Shown in pieces: positions 1 to 13,209 of a stretch of 64,000 nucleotides of DNA. Origin of the DNA: Amoebophrya sp. A120 (Eukaryota > Protista > Dinoflagellata). The position numbers were made by a program, and so were the translations under genes. Under the pieces are notes generated by a model. It had not been told where the DNA came from. It saw only the letters and a program-made list of their open reading frames with translations, and made no database searches. Where the stretch lies: the NCBI GenBank assembly GCA_905178155.1, contig CAJINV010000022.1, positions 725,044 to 789,043 of the forward strand. Direction: 5' to 3'. Each line of letters opens with the position of its first letter. Within the stretch, counting starts at the first letter, position 1.

Positions 1-3000
1 GGCCGCCCGGAGAGAGTACGAGCTGAGCTGCGCCGCAGGCCCCCAGCTCGGAATGGCGCTCATGGCGATATCAAATGTAAAAGTGTCTGGGTCTGGAAGG
101 ATGTAACCTGTGATGCGCATTTCAGAACACACAAAAATCTCTCATGCATAGGTAGCAAAAGCTGCTCACTTTCTGTCACCAAAATGGGGGATTTGTCATG
201 CGGGTTCGGCATTGCGTAAGCTTCTCGAAACCTGTGATGCTAGCGCTCTCATGCCAGACCTTCTGTGTCATGCAGAAACAGCATGACTCTTCCAGACATA
301 GACATTTTTGCATTTGATAGACGAAGGAGGCCGACCAAAGTAAGAACCTTGCTTTCGCAACCGCGACGCACTTCGTCAGGCCGAAGCTCCATGTCACGAA
401 AACGGGCAAGATGATGCCCATCTTCGAGGACAAGAAGCACAATCCCGGCGCCCGCGCCGCTGAGGATGTGGACGACGAAGATGAGGATGAACAAGATGGA
501 GAACCGCGCGCGAAGAAACGAGACAGGAAGAAAACCCCCCAGGACAGCACACTCGCCACCAGCTCGAGTGCACCGATGGAAACCTCACCTGCGCCACCGT
601 CTTCTAGCCCAGAGATCGATGTCCATATGAATGTGCGATTTTGGGAGGAATTACACGACCCCGTTTTCCAGGTCAAAGCGCCACAAGCCTTTTTTGACAA
701 GCTGGAAGAGTTACTCCCCCAAGTAGTCGAGATCACGAAAGTCATGGACTACGATGATTCCGACCAGGAGGATCTGCCGATTTCATCTGGTACTTTTTAT
801 CTATCTAGGAAGGTACTTATAGGAAGGATGTTGATCCCCCCTGCCAATATTACTTGGAACCAAAATTTGTGATGCTAATTCGTGGCCGCAACTCAGCTGT
901 GTTTTGCAGACCGGGGAAAAAACTTCGGGTGCCATGTAGTGGTGTATTCTTCTAGGGCCGATCTGTCGTCATGCGTTTCCGCTGATGACAAAGGTGTTTG
1001 TCATGCTAAGTTGCTAGCCGGCTGCATCCCCAAATAGCTCTCGAGGATGCAGTAAAGACCTACCTTCTGGCTAGGACGGGAGTGGGGATCTTCTGTTTAT
1101 TCATTTTTATTCATTGTGTTGATGACATATGTTGCATGATGCTACTTGCAAATAGAAATACCCTGTATGTGATTCTTGTTCTTCTATGTTCCGCTGAGAA
1201 GGAAAAGTTAGCCCATAGAAAGCCATCATTTAGAATCGCTCCTAAAAAATTTGAAACAGATCATCTGATGAAAAACCCTTCCACGATCTTTGGTGCCTCG
1301 AAGCTATCTATGCATTGCAAATATGTCTGGGTCGAGAAATACACTGTGGACTTTGTCATGCTGTTCTGCATGACCCAAAAGGAGCTCCGGTATGCAAGCA
1401 ATCGCATCACTGATTTCGAGGAGCTCCCTCAATGCTCCTTAAGAATGCCTCTCCCGCATATAGATGAAATGCGAGACTTCTTTGATGACAAGAAATTGGC
1501 GACTTTTGCATTCCATGCATGACAGATTTTTGTCTGATCGAAAAGAAGCATCACACGTTTCAATCTCCCAGTCCCAGACATGCTTGTAATGCATCACCTC
1601 CACCACCACCAGGCAGAATCTTGGGAAGGACAAGAACGTCTTCAAATACGACGCCGGGAAGTTTGCCAAAGATCCGAGTGCGAGTGCGTCGTCACGGTCA
1701 CCCCCGAAGGACTATCAAATGCAAATATGTATGGGTCTGGAAGAACGAAACTTGTGATGCTGCATTTGGAATCCAAAAAAATCTGTATTGCATGAGAGGC
1801 AAATAACGGAAGGCAATTTTTGCCACGCAGAGAGGGAATTTGTCATGCGGAATAGGCATCAGGATGCTGCCCACAAATCTGTGATGCTAGGCCATGCATT
1901 ACAAGCGTCATAGATCATGCAAAATATGCATGACAAACCTGGCAGTCTTCCAGACCCAGACATATTTGCAATGCATAAGGGCTTAAAAGGTAAAAAAGTT
2001 CGGTCAACATCGGTAGCTGTTTGCAAAAAAGAGATAACAAGTACCCAGTACTGTAGAAGTGAAGATGCGAGGTATAAGATTATGTTTATGTCGCAAAAGC
2101 TGCCAACAAGCATGAAGTGGTTAGAATGATGCAATAAAATCCAGGTCTGGCGGATCAAGAGGCGAACGAGTTGGACGCCGATGGCAAACTCGGGTCTCGC
2201 ATGAAAGGAAACGTGATGCACAGCGATATTTTTTCCGGCGTATCATCCAGAATTTTCTTTCCCCTGATCCCAAATCGGACTGGAAGAGGCATGGTTCTTG
2301 TACATGCAGCATTCTCATCTTGTCGACGCTTTGGAACCGTGATAAGCCATGATGACTAGCACAGCATGGGGTCTTCAGCTGTACCGAAAGAAGCTGTCCG
2401 TGTTACCATGTACATAGGAATTATGCTAGTCAGGCAACAAACGAACCGTTGAAGCCCTGACGAAAAGTTGTAGGCGCTAAGCAAGACACACGCGCTTGCA
2501 GATGCGAAGGGGGAGGGAAAAATCCTTCACCATCGATATGCCGAAGATTTCTCGCCGAGCCAGGATGACAAGAAGATAGGTGTGAACAAGCCGTCGATTC
2601 TCTTCGGAAGGGGACCCAGCAAGACCATCAACATCACCGGCAGTATTTTTGGTGACGATCATGAGGTATTGAAAATATATACCTTGCTTGAGGATATGGG
2701 AGCGAAATTGAAGTCATTTCACACTTTTCGAACGAATCTTTTGTGTAGTTCAATTCTAGTTCGATAGTGGAGCAGCGACTTTGATTCGAATTCCTGAAGC
2801 GCTTACCGAACAACATACTTTTGGTTTTATGTAGCTCGTAGCACATACATCTTTTCATTCCAGCTCAACAACGCCAACATGGAGAGCAACGGTAACAAGC
2901 AGGACATCACTCCCAAAGGCAGTAAGAAGGAAGTTGCGCAGGACGAGAATGATGTCTCCAAGAGCGTCGATGTGAAGGGACATGCCAAGGGAGCTGTGGC

Positions 3001-5120
3001 CGGCAACGTCGGGTCCGGCTATGGGATTCTCAAACGCTACACTCTCAACTATTGCTGCATGAATTTGAATTTGTGATGCAAGATCAGCAGTGGTGAAACA
3101 GGGCGGAAACTTGCAACTCTCGCACCACAAAACTGGCACAGGTTTTGCCACTGCTTCGTCCTTCTTCGATTTGTCTTGCAAGGTAACTTGGTCGTATGGC
3201 GGCTTATGGTGATTTTGCATGACAAATCATGATGTGGTGCAGTCGGGTGCGCATGACAAATCATGACGTCACAGTTTAGAATGTAACGCTTGAGAGTCCC
3301 ATAGCGGCAAGAGCAATCTTATCGGATGTAAAAGCGCTGCACTGGCCATTGAAACGCACGCGGAGCGCAAAGTAGGGCATGGCTATGTAGCACAAAATGA
3401 AAACCAGGGCCAACTGCAGTCACTGCCATGAGCATGAGGCCTGCTGGTATGCATTGAGCGGCAGAAAATCTAGGAGTGATGAAGACACAAAACGTGGCCA
3501 TCTTTTCTGCAAAGCGGCATCCCGTGCGCCGTACTTTTACACCGGATAAGCACGGCGGAACAAGTGACTCTCCCCGCCGGTTCCATCCAGGGGCAGAAAG
3601 AGTGGGAGTCGGACTCGGGACTCGCGCCCAAGAACGATGAGCAGGAGCAGGCGCATACGAAGGGAAAATCTGCGGGGGCTGCGGAGGGCAGTGTACGTGC
3701 ATCAATTTTGAGGATGTAAATGATCCTATGCACTGTTGTGCAGAGTCCATTCGTTCATTACCTGCACCACTTCGCAAAACTTTCGTGACGTTTGATTTGA
3801 TGCTGTACGACGAATTTGTGGTTTCTAACTCGAATGCAGATAATAATTTGGTATTCCAGGTCAACAACGCCTCCATGAATAACAGCGGTCGCAGTAACAA
3901 GGAAGGTGTACGCACCGCAAATATGTCTGGGTCTGGGAGACGTGGAACCTGTGATGCTTGTTGTGCTGCATTTTTGTATTTCTCTTTGTAGTGCATGGCC
4001 AGCAAAATAAGTACAGCCTCCTTTGTCATGCAGAAATGCAGCATGTCAAGCCCACTCGGAATGAAAAAGCTTGGTGTCATGCTTGGTTGCACCCAGATCT
4101 CGTTCATCCGTCCAAAACCCAGCATCACAAGTTTTCCAGACCTAAACATCTTTGCATTGCATAAAGTGTGCCGAACAACAAAAATGATCTTTTCAAGGGC
4201 AAGGGCGACAAGGAAGCCCCTGTGCAGGATCAAAAGGGCGTGATCGAGGGCGACGAAACGAAGGGACATGCCGTGGTCCCTGTGGCCGGCAACGACGGAA
4301 GCGGCGGCGGCAAGAACGGTCTTATCGCATGTAAAAGTGTTGCATACGCAATCCGGATATGCATTGCAAATCTGTCTTGGTCTGGAAGATTGCAAGATTT
4401 GTAATGCGCATTGCACGTGACCCATGATGTCTGTGATGCAAGGGCAGGATCACAGAAGATCTTCTGAGCTGTGCTTAATGATGCATATCCCGCAAGAGAA
4501 ATGCCCTCTCCACCACGACACGTAGCAACTACAATTGGGCTGCTTTTGCATTTGCTGCTCAAGCGATACAGATTTTTTGAGAAGAATCAAATATCAGCAT
4601 CACAAATTGCACTCTTCGAGACCAAGCCGCATTTGCATTCCATACCAGATTAACTCGGACTGGGTGTGGGAGGTAAGTTATGGAACAAAAATGTATATAA
4701 TCTCTAGCCAGCAGTCACTACTATCTCTCCAGCGTCTGGTGACATGCATTCATTGGAAACAACCAACTTGATGAAATCAAGTCATCTTGCATTTGCGTGT
4801 TGCGCGACCTGCGCTTCGGTTCGGGGTCAGAATCCTTCCCCCGTGTCCAATGCTTTTACAGCGGATCAGCATGCCGGACGAAGGGGTTCCTCCAGTCGAT
4901 GAGAACATCCAGCGCAATCCTTGGACACCGAAGAAGGAAAAGGCGCCGAAGGACTATGATCATGCCGCGGCCCATACGCAAGGCAATCGTGTCACTGCCA
5001 GGGAAGGGACAGTTGCTCTTTTCATCTTCTTTTTGTTTGTCCTACATTGGATCGGCCGTGAGGAAAATGAGGCAAAGACTGTAGGCAGCCTCAACTCCCA
5101 CAGCAGCGCTTTAGGCGGAT
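1..5120 (+). CDS. Multi-exon hypothetical protein, 5' partial, low-complexity, with internal repeats
   Basis: Frame is restored across elements 69-319, 1309-1595, 1713-1977, 3020-3303, 3909-4163 and 4358-4644, and across introns 2240-2475 and 2666-2863 (e.g. GMALMA|KEADQSKNL, SRSPPKD|LKG, NKEG|VPNNKND). Some junctions and the 3' end are unresolved. Confidence 0.5.
69..319. mobile_element. Introner/MITE family A
   Basis: TIR TATCAAATGTAAAAGTGTCTGGGTCTGGAAG ... CTTCCAGACATAGACATTTTTGCATTTGATA; DR GGCGA/GACGA. Confidence 0.92.
1309..1595. mobile_element. Introner family A, diverged
   Basis: TATGCATTGCAAATATGTCTGGG ... CCCAGACATGCTTGTAATGCAT; removal is in frame. Confidence 0.75.
1713..1977. 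mobile_element. Introner family A
   Basis: TIR pair; DR AGGAC/AGGGC. Confidence 0.9.
3020..3303. mobile_element. Introner family C
   Basis: TIR TATGGGATTCTCAAACGCTACA ... TGTAACGCTTGAGAGTCCCATA; DR CCGGC/GCGGC. Confidence 0.88.
3909..4163. mobile_element. Introner family A
   Basis: TIR pair; DR AGGTG/AAGTG; in-frame removal. Confidence 0.85.
4358..4644. mobile_element. Introner family A
   Basis: TIR pair; DR CCGGA/CCAGA. Confidence 0.8.
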
Positions 5121-5143
5121 GATTGCAACGCATGATCGATCCA

Positions 5144-5403
5144 TATCAAGTTCAAATATGTCTGGGTCTGGATTAGTGTGAGGTTTGTCATGCTTGGCAA
5201 ACAAGATTCTCAAGTCTGTCATGCGCGTGACTCGACTGGCCCATTTTTCTGTCAGGCAGGAACGCAGTTTGTCATGCAGAATTGGCAACATCTAGGAGTT
5301 CCGAAATTGTCATGCTGAAGCTGAGCTACCTCTTGTGGACTCCTCATGTTGATGCGCCTCTCACCGTGCAAATTTCCAGACCGAGACATATTTGCAATGC
5401 ATA
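5144..5403. mobile_element. Introner family A
   Basis: TIR pair; DR ATCCA/ATCCG. Confidence 0.87.
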
Positions 5404-6306
5404 ATCCGAAAGCAAAAGCAACTTTCCGAGGGTTGTCCGGCTTCCGCGACAGTAACACGACTATTTGCCTGCTCCATAGTATCGCAAGAAAAAACTGTTT
5501 CACTGTATCTGTAAACTTGTGATGCATAGACATAGAATGCTTTCGCGACGCGTTTGTCTTGCTACATCACATGCATGCAACACAGACGCATTTGTTTGGG
5601 TTTATCAACGTGTTTTCCCTACTTAGCACGTACGCATGGCAAGTTTTTTTTGTTGGGTGTCACGAATTTGTAATGCAAAATTTGCAAAATCCTCACAGTG
5701 AAACACTTTTTTTCTCACGATACACAGCTTTGAAATACGGTAAGTGTTTGCTTTTGTGGACTTTGGTAAAAGCGCACCGCTCTCTGGCTCTCTGTCTTGT
5801 TGTGCAGCACTTTTCAAAAGTAGCATGCTAGTATGACTAGGGGTAGTAGCTACAGCACCACGCCAAGGAGAACATACGGCTTTAATAGCGGTAGTCCCAC
5901 GCCCAGTGAGGACGTTACGCTACGCAGTTATGCCGGCTCAGCATGAGAAGATTCACCCACATCGTGCATGAATGTCTCCTGACCCTTCGTCAGTCACCGC
6001 ATAACAAAAAAATTGTCTACCAGCCAAGACCGATTACCTGTACATATCCTGATGAGCATGACACTTCTCTCTCACCTCACCAATTTGACATGACAACGAC
6101 CCCAGCAGCCTGTGCCGAATTGTTTTTCGCGAGGACCGGTCGCTATCGCGAAGGGACAGACCAGGGTTTGCAGTTCGGGCCGAACTGCAAACCCTGGTCT
6201 GTCGGTGGACATGGTGTTGAAAAAAATGGTGTATAGGATGTACCAGTGCACAGTACTAATTGTGGGTTCTACGAGTAGTATTCGAACATTGCCTGGCACC
6301 ATAGAG

Positions 6307-6574
6307 TATCAAGGGCAAATATGTCTGGGTCTGGAAAAGTGCAAGATTTCTCGTCAAGTTCGACTAGCGAGGCGCTCAAGTCTGTCATGCACGTTAACGA
6401 AAAGTCCCACTTTTCTGTGATGCAGAAACGCAGTTTGTCATGCAGAACAGACAAGTACAAGACCTAAAACCTCAGAAACTTGTCATGCTGAGCCATCGCT
6501 TGTGGCGCTGTCATGCTACGCCACCCAGCATTACAAATTGAAACTTCCGGACCCACACACATTTGCAATCCATA
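6307..6574. mobile_element. Introner family A
   Basis: TIR pair; DR TAGAG/TCGAG. Confidence 0.87.
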
Positions 6575-7972
6575 TCGAGGTGGGAAGATGCTGTCTTTGA
6601 AGATGATACCAGGCTACCGACTACGCCACCCGGTGGACTTTATCAAGTCGCAAAAGGCCTGCATCTTTTACCTGCATTACAGAATGTGTATTTTTTTGCA
6701 GAGGCAAAAGTGGCAGCGAATGATTTGAGATTTCCACCATCATGTTGTTTGCATGATCAGAAAAACTGGACGACCTCAAAGACGCGATCGCATTTTTTGC
6801 ACGACGGTACCGGGCGACCATTCCCCGGTAATCATTTTCTGTTGTGCGCGTCCATGTCCTGCCGTTTCTACGTATCCAACTTTGCGTTCCTTAGCAGGAG
6901 AAAGCTGGTCCGTTTCGGCTTAATAAGCGAAGGCCCAGGTTTACGCCAAGTACCACTGACCACCTGGTTCTCGAGCTAGTTGCCCAGGCGGGAGCGAAAT
7001 CGCTAGCATGCACTATCAGTATTCGTTTCTGTGATATCTTTGGACCAGATGTTCCGGACACTGCCAGGTCGCGCGACCACGTATTGCATGATAATGCTTG
7101 ATTTTCTTAGCGCCTGGCGCCCATTGCTGTGCAGGGTGGTCAGTACAAAGAGCAGACCCAAATTATCGCACCACGAAACACATCTGTACTAATATGACCG
7201 ACTGTAGAAAACGAGGACACTTTCGGTCATCAACATGCATTTTTTAGGAAAGCTAGACCGAGAATCTGGTTCCTTCTTTGGATACGGCCCGGAACGAACT
7301 CGAGATCCACGATGACCAAGGCACCACCCCACGCCGGTCGAAGAAAAACGACGCCCGGAAGGTAATCGTCATCGCACAGAACGCCAGCGGGAAACCGCAC
7401 GAGCTATGCTCTGAAGAAATCACAACTACACACGTGCCAGAATGTTATGCATTCCTCATTTTTTTTCATGTGATGAACCAGGGACAGTTTTTAGCTTTTC
7501 GTGCACATTTACTGCCCATCACCGGTTTAATCGAGGGCTGCTTAGCGGGTGTGTTGGTTGTGATTGTTCTGAACTTCTATACGCCAAGGAATGTGACGAA
7601 CACAACAACACAAACGTGAAGATATGGAAGGAGGACCCGGACTTCAAAGACTGGTGCAAACAGGCAAAGTATCCAAGGGAGAAAGTACGTGCATGCGCGC
7701 ATAACAATCAGCATTGCAACAACAGCAGCGGCCATGCGACGACTCCCAGTAAACAGACTTTGCTGCGCTGCTGTTGCTGCAGAGTGGACCACGTTTATTT
7801 GAGCAGTATTTTTCCCTTGGATAGCGTGGCGTTCTACCGTCCCGCTGATGCTGCCGCGAAGAATCCGGAGAAAAGCTAAAGTATGATAGAATCGTAACGA
7901 GTGTCGATCAAAGTGAAATTGCAAAGATTACTAGTAGAATTTCAGTTTTTTGACCGCAGACTCAGAAAGATA

Positions 7973-8218
7973 TATCCTGTTAAATGACGTGCCCATCCAA
8001 GTTCTGTCATGCAAATCTTGACGCCTGAAGACAAAATGTTCCTCATGCGCAGCCCTAGCATGAGAGGAATTTTCTAAATGTTCTCTGCACTAGGCATCCG
8101 CAGACGACTATAGAGTAACCTAAAATTTGTCATGCGTAGCAGCGAAAAGCTGTTGCATGTGTAGCCCAACTTCCATGCTGGCGATAGGATGGGATCGTTA
8201 ACGTTTTTCTTCAGCATA
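7973..8218. mobile_element. Introner family G, diverged
   Basis: TATCCTGTTAAATGACGTGCCC ... ACGTTTTTCTTCAGCATA; resembles 25109-25418 and 25744-26024. Confidence 0.55.
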
Positions 8219-10212
8219 CTAATGACCTCACAGCTTGTGCCACACATAGATGGTGACATTTGATGAAAAGCAACAGGCCCGATTTTTCTTGTGCTAGATT
8301 TTGCTTAAGTATTGTTTCCTGTTCCTGATAACACGTATGATTTTTTCTTTCTTAACGACTTTTTTTTTCACTCACTGGGCACATTAGTGTAAATCTGACG
8401 TAGTAGGCTTCTTGATCTTACTGCGCAGGATTTCAAACTGCAAAACCCCTTTTTCTGTAGATTGATGGGAAATTCTTTTTTCTCCAGGACAATTTGTGTT
8501 TTCTTTTTTATAAAAGGGTTAGGTCCTGCTGTTATCGGCGCAAATTTTTTCAGACACTGTCGGGCATGCACATCACGCGAACGGGAAGAATGGTTTTGCC
8601 TGTGCACAGGAAAAGCTGTTCCCCCTTTTCCTAGTCGGAGTCGAAAGAAGCTGCTTTATTGACACTTCAAGACAGTGCAAGCCGACGCGACTCTAAGCTG
8701 CGGAGGTTGGTTGTAGGACGTATCAGAAGTATTGGAAGATAAAGCATTTCTCGAAAATGCGTTCGGCAATGATTTCTCTGGTAGGGTCCGAACCAATCTA
8801 GTTGTGCTGGATAAAAAACTGCCTCCGGAAGTGTCCACGAAGTTCACGTCAGTAGCTGATAAATGATGGCATCGTCGCTGGTCACCGGGCCTTTTGTTCT
8901 GTCTCTATAATATAGCAAAGAACTAGAACGCGCAGCCCAAATTACATGTACGAGGCCAGCATGCGGCGCATTACAAGATGCAGTAGGTCTTTGTCTTTAT
9001 TTAAAAGCTTGTAGCAGAAACAGCGCCACTTCAAACCTTGACACAGCAGGAAGTGGCAGCAACAAGAACACAAGATCAAGATGCTAGCGCCATTTACATT
9101 TTAGTGTTGGTTTTACGTAAATTGTATTTATTTTTTAAAACTGGTGACAGCCTACGATTTACAGAAAACCCTAACAACCAATGAGTCCCGGCGCCACGAT
9201 CTTAGCGGCCGCATCCGAGCATGCGAAGATGCACCGAATTTGTTGTCTTCTACTTTTCTAATGTAAAGGGTTTCTTGTATGTTATTCCTACGTAGAATTG
9301 AGAGACAGCTTCGCGGAAGTAGAATTAACGGCGCCATCGATGACAAACCGAGATTTTGCAAAAGGCTTTGCTGTTCGGCTTGAATGTAAGTGAGCACAGA
9401 GCTAAAGATCTTGTCCGCTGGAAGGACAACGAAGCAAAATGTGCCCTATTCTTTGATAGAATACGCGTTCAGCTTTGAGATGGTTCGCACAGTCGCAAAT
9501 ATACTGCTCGCAAGATGAAGTAAGACGTAGTTGATGGTAGACTTAATTTGGGTTTTTTGAAATGAGGCTGAAGAAAAGCGGTCCTCGTCGTCACGATCGT
9601 CCTCCGATTTACCGTGGCTCTGTGCTGCAAATTTACTTGTTCTCCATGTCGTCACCCACCTCCCGTGACGCAGGTAAGACGCCACGACTCGTGGCCACCC
9701 AAACAAACCAGGGACCGCACTTATAGATGCGTCGCAAACGCCTCTGAACTCATTTCGGTAACGTTTCCGCAAAGTCCCGTTTTCCTTGATTAGTTTTCAG
9801 AATACATCAGTACCTGGCTCGCGTTTCGGTACTAGCGGCCTGATGTAACAGTACTGCGAAGGGGAGGGAAAACTCGTCGTTTCGGTCACAAGACGACTTT
9901 TATTGCTGTCAATACGAGTCGAATTAATCTCCCCCGTGTGCCCACCTCTCTGTCTGTCTCCATCAGTCGAAAAGACCTCCCCCGTGTCGGTCCACCACGG
10001 TATTAGCCCTTTCGGTCGAAGTCAGTCGGTACGGGTTTTTTCTCCATAGCGCGCACACAATCTAGAGGATCGTCTGAAGAGGAGAAAGCGGGCTTTTTGG
10101 CGTTCCAGGTTTTTGCACATTGTGTGCCTTCCGGGCTATGTGCACATTGTGTGCCTTCCCGGCCTTTGGGCTATCAGGGTGCAGCACGTTTTTCATCAGC
10201 CCATCGCGATGA

Positions 10213-11772
10213 AGTTCTGGTGGCCGTGCATCACATTTTGCATCAGTTTCCCAGAAAGTGATGCAAAAAGTGATGTACTCCCGACAAAATTCTGGTGGCC
10301 GTGCATCACTTCTTGCATCACTTTCCCAGAAAGTGGTGCAAAAAGTGATGTACTCCCGACAAAATTCTGGTGGCCGTGCATCACTTTTTGCATCACTTTC
10401 CCAGAAAGTGATGCAGAAAGTGATGCATCCGCGACGGAATTCTGGTGGCCGTGCATCACTTTTTGCACAGGCCGGAAAAGTGATGCAAAAAGTGATGCAT
10501 CCACGACGGAATTCTGTTGGCCGTGCATCACTTCTTGCATCACTTTCCCAGAAAGTGATGCAAAAAGTGATGTACTCACGACAAAATTCTGGTGGCCGTG
10601 CATCACTTTTTGCATCACTTTCCCAGAAAGTGATGCAGAAAGTGATGCATCCGCGACGGAATTCTGGTGGCCGTGCATCACTTTTTGCACAGGCCGGAAA
10701 AGTGATGCAAAAAGTGATGCATCCGCGACGGAATTCTGTTGGCCGTGCATCACTTCTTGCATCACTTTCCCAGAAAGTGATGCAAAAAGTGATGTACTCA
10801 CGACAAAATTCTGGTGGCCGTGCATCACTTTTTGCATCACTTTCCCAGAAAGTGATGCAAAAAGTGATGCATCCGCGACGGAATTCTGGTGGCCGTGCAT
10901 CACTTTTTGCACAGGCCGGAAAAGTGATGCAAAAAGTGATGCATCCGCGACGGAATTCTGTTGGCCGTGCATCACTTCTTGCATCACTTTCCCAGAAAGT
11001 GATGCAAAAAGTGATGTACTCACGACAAAATTCTGGTGGCCGTGCATCACTTTTTGCATCACTTTCCCAGAAAGTGATGCAGAAAGTGATGCATCCGCGA
11101 CGGAATTCTGGTGGCCGTGCATCACTTTTTGCACAGGCCGGAAAAGTGATGCAAAAAGTGATGCATCCGCGACGGAATTCTGTTGGCCGTGCATCACTTC
11201 TTGCATCACTTTCCCAGAAAGTGATGCAAAAAGTGATGTACTCACGACAAAATTCTGGTGGCCGTGCATCACTTTTTGCATCACTTTCCCAGAAAGTGAT
11301 GCAAAAAGTGATGCATCCGCGACGGAATTCTGGTGGCCGTGCATCACTTTTTGCACAGGCCGGAAAAGTGATGCAAAAAGTGATGCATCCGCGACGGAAT
11401 TCTGTTGGCCGTGCATCACTTCTTGCATCACTTTCCCAGAAAGTGATGCAAAAAGTGATGTACTCACGACAAAATTCTGGTGGCCGTGCATCACTTTTTG
11501 CATCACTTTCCCAGAAAGTGATGCAGAAAGTGATGCATCCGCGACGGAATTCTGGTGGCCGTGCATCACTTTTTGCACCGGCCGGAAAAGTGATGCAAAA
11601 AGTGATGCATCCGCGACGGAATTCTGGTGTCCGTGCATCACTTTTTGCACCGGCCGGAAAAGTGATGCAAAAAGTGATGCATCCACGACGGAATTCTGTT
11701 GGCCGTGCATCACTTCTTGCATCACTTTCCCAGAAGGTGACGCAGAAAGTGACGCATCCACGACGGAATTCT
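10213..11772. repeat. Satellite of about 21 monomers (72-75 bp) in a 222-bp three-monomer higher-order repeat
   Basis: GCCGGAAAAG recurs at 10471, 10693 and onward (period 222); monomers contain the palindrome TGCATCACTTTTTGCATCACTTTC-CCA-GAAAGTGATGCAAAAAGTGATGCA. Confidence 0.97.
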
Positions 11773-11779
11773 AGTGGCC

Positions 11780-12260
11780 TCCTTGCAAAACTGTAAAACT
11801 TTGGGGGGTGGGACTTTGTGATGCAAATTCTTGCTGATTCTGGTTCGCCAGAATTTGCGCCACAGGCTTACCACTTCTTCTTGGCTAAAAACTTGCAGCG
11901 CTTCCACGTAGAAATGGGTGCGCTGTAAGATTTTGAAAGATGGGACGTTAGCATCACAGCTCTGCCACTTCTCCTTGGCCTCAAACTTGGCAACGCTCCC
12001 ACGTAGAAATGGGCGTGCTGTAAAATTTTGGACGGTGGCGCTTTATGATGCAAATTCTGAGAGAGATAGACCGTGGCTCGCCAGAATTGCATCACAGATT
12101 TGCCACCTCTTCTTGGCCCCAAAATTGGCGACGCTCCCACGTAGAACTGGGCACGCTGTAAAATTTTGTTGGGAGGGGCTCCCTGATCCAAATGCCGGCT
12201 GATTCTGGTTCGCCAGAATTTGCACCACAGGTTTGCCACTTCGGTCTTCTTGGCCCCAAA
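11780..12260. repeat. Diverged tandem repeat, about 4 units of roughly 100-135 bp
   Basis: Recurrent CCACGTAGAA(A/C)TGGG..CGCTGTAA and CGCCAGAATT..CAC..CTTCTTGGC blocks. Confidence 0.75.
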
Positions 12261-12269
12261 AAGGTCCGT

Positions 12270-13195
12270 TCTTCTGGATGGTGCCTACAAGGCTCGAAAC
12301 CGTTGCCCGGATTTTTTTGGGAATCAGTATGACAGGCATGGACGAAACCCGGGAGGGGCTTGGGTTTTTCTATTGGGGGCAGCCCCGGCGCGTGGGTTTC
12401 CGTGCTTCTGCTTCTGGGTGGTGCCTACAAGGCTGGCAACGGTTGCGCGGATTCTTTGGGGCATCAGCATGACAAGCATGGACGAAATCCGGGAGGGGCT
12501 TGGATATTTCTACCCGGGGCAGCCCCGCCCGATGGGCCTCCGTCCTTCTGGGTGGTGCCTACAAGGCTGGAAACGGTCTCCCGGATGTTTTTGGGAATCA
12601 GCACGATAGGCACGGACGAAATCCGGGAGGGGCTCGGGCTTTTCTACTCGGGGCAGCCCCGCCCGTTGGGCCCCCGTGCTTCTGGGCGGTGCCTACAAGG
12701 CTGGAAACGGTTGCCCGGATTTTTTTGGGAATCAGCATGACAAGCATGGACGAAATCGGGGAGGGGCTTGGATTTTTCTACTCGGGGCAGCCCCGCCCGG
12801 TGGGCTTCCGTGCTTATGGGTGGCGCCTGCAAGCCTGTAAACGGTTGCGCGGATTTTTTTGGGCGCCAGCGTGGCCAGCAGGGATGAAATTCGGGGGGGG
12901 CTTGGGCTTTTTTATTCGGGGCAGCCCCGCCCGGTGGGCTTCCGTGCTTCTGGGTGGAGCCCATAAGGCCGGAAACGGTTGCCAGGATTTTTTTGGGAAT
13001 CAGCATGGCAAGCATGGATAAGATTCGGGGGGGCGCGGGTTGTTCTACTCGGGGCAGCCCCGCCCGGTTGGCTTCCGTGCTTCTGGGTGCGTGGTGCCTA
13101 CAAGGCTGGAAGCGGTTGCCCGGATTTTTTTGGGAATCAGCACGACAGGCATGGGAGAAGTCCGGGAGGGGCGTGGATTTTTCTGCTCGGGGGGT
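12270..13195. repeat. Tandem repeat, about 134 bp x 7
   Basis: GGTGCCTACAAGGCTGGAAACGGTTGCCCGGATTTTTTTGGGAATCAGC..GGGGCAGCCCCGCCCG recurs near 12284, 12425, 12558, 12692, 12826, 12960, 13097. Confidence 0.92.
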
Positions 13196-13209
13196 GCCGC
13201 GCATGCAAA

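Noticed and set aside
69-319. Tc1/mariner-type MITE with a TA target duplication
   Set aside because: TA is part of the TIR; the true duplication is 5 bp and variable, and only element-plus-5 removal consistently restores frames.
5900-9800. Gene model from short ORFs on either strand
   Set aside because: No consistent spliced frame or recognisable domain could be assembled by hand.
10213-11772. CRISPR array
   Set aside because: The sequences between palindromes repeat periodically instead of being unique spacers; no cas genes; eukaryotic context.
10113-11796. Three ORFs of over 500 aa in different frames and strands
   Set aside because: They are by-products of a stop-poor palindromic satellite whose unit lengths are multiples of 3; there is no independent coding evidence.
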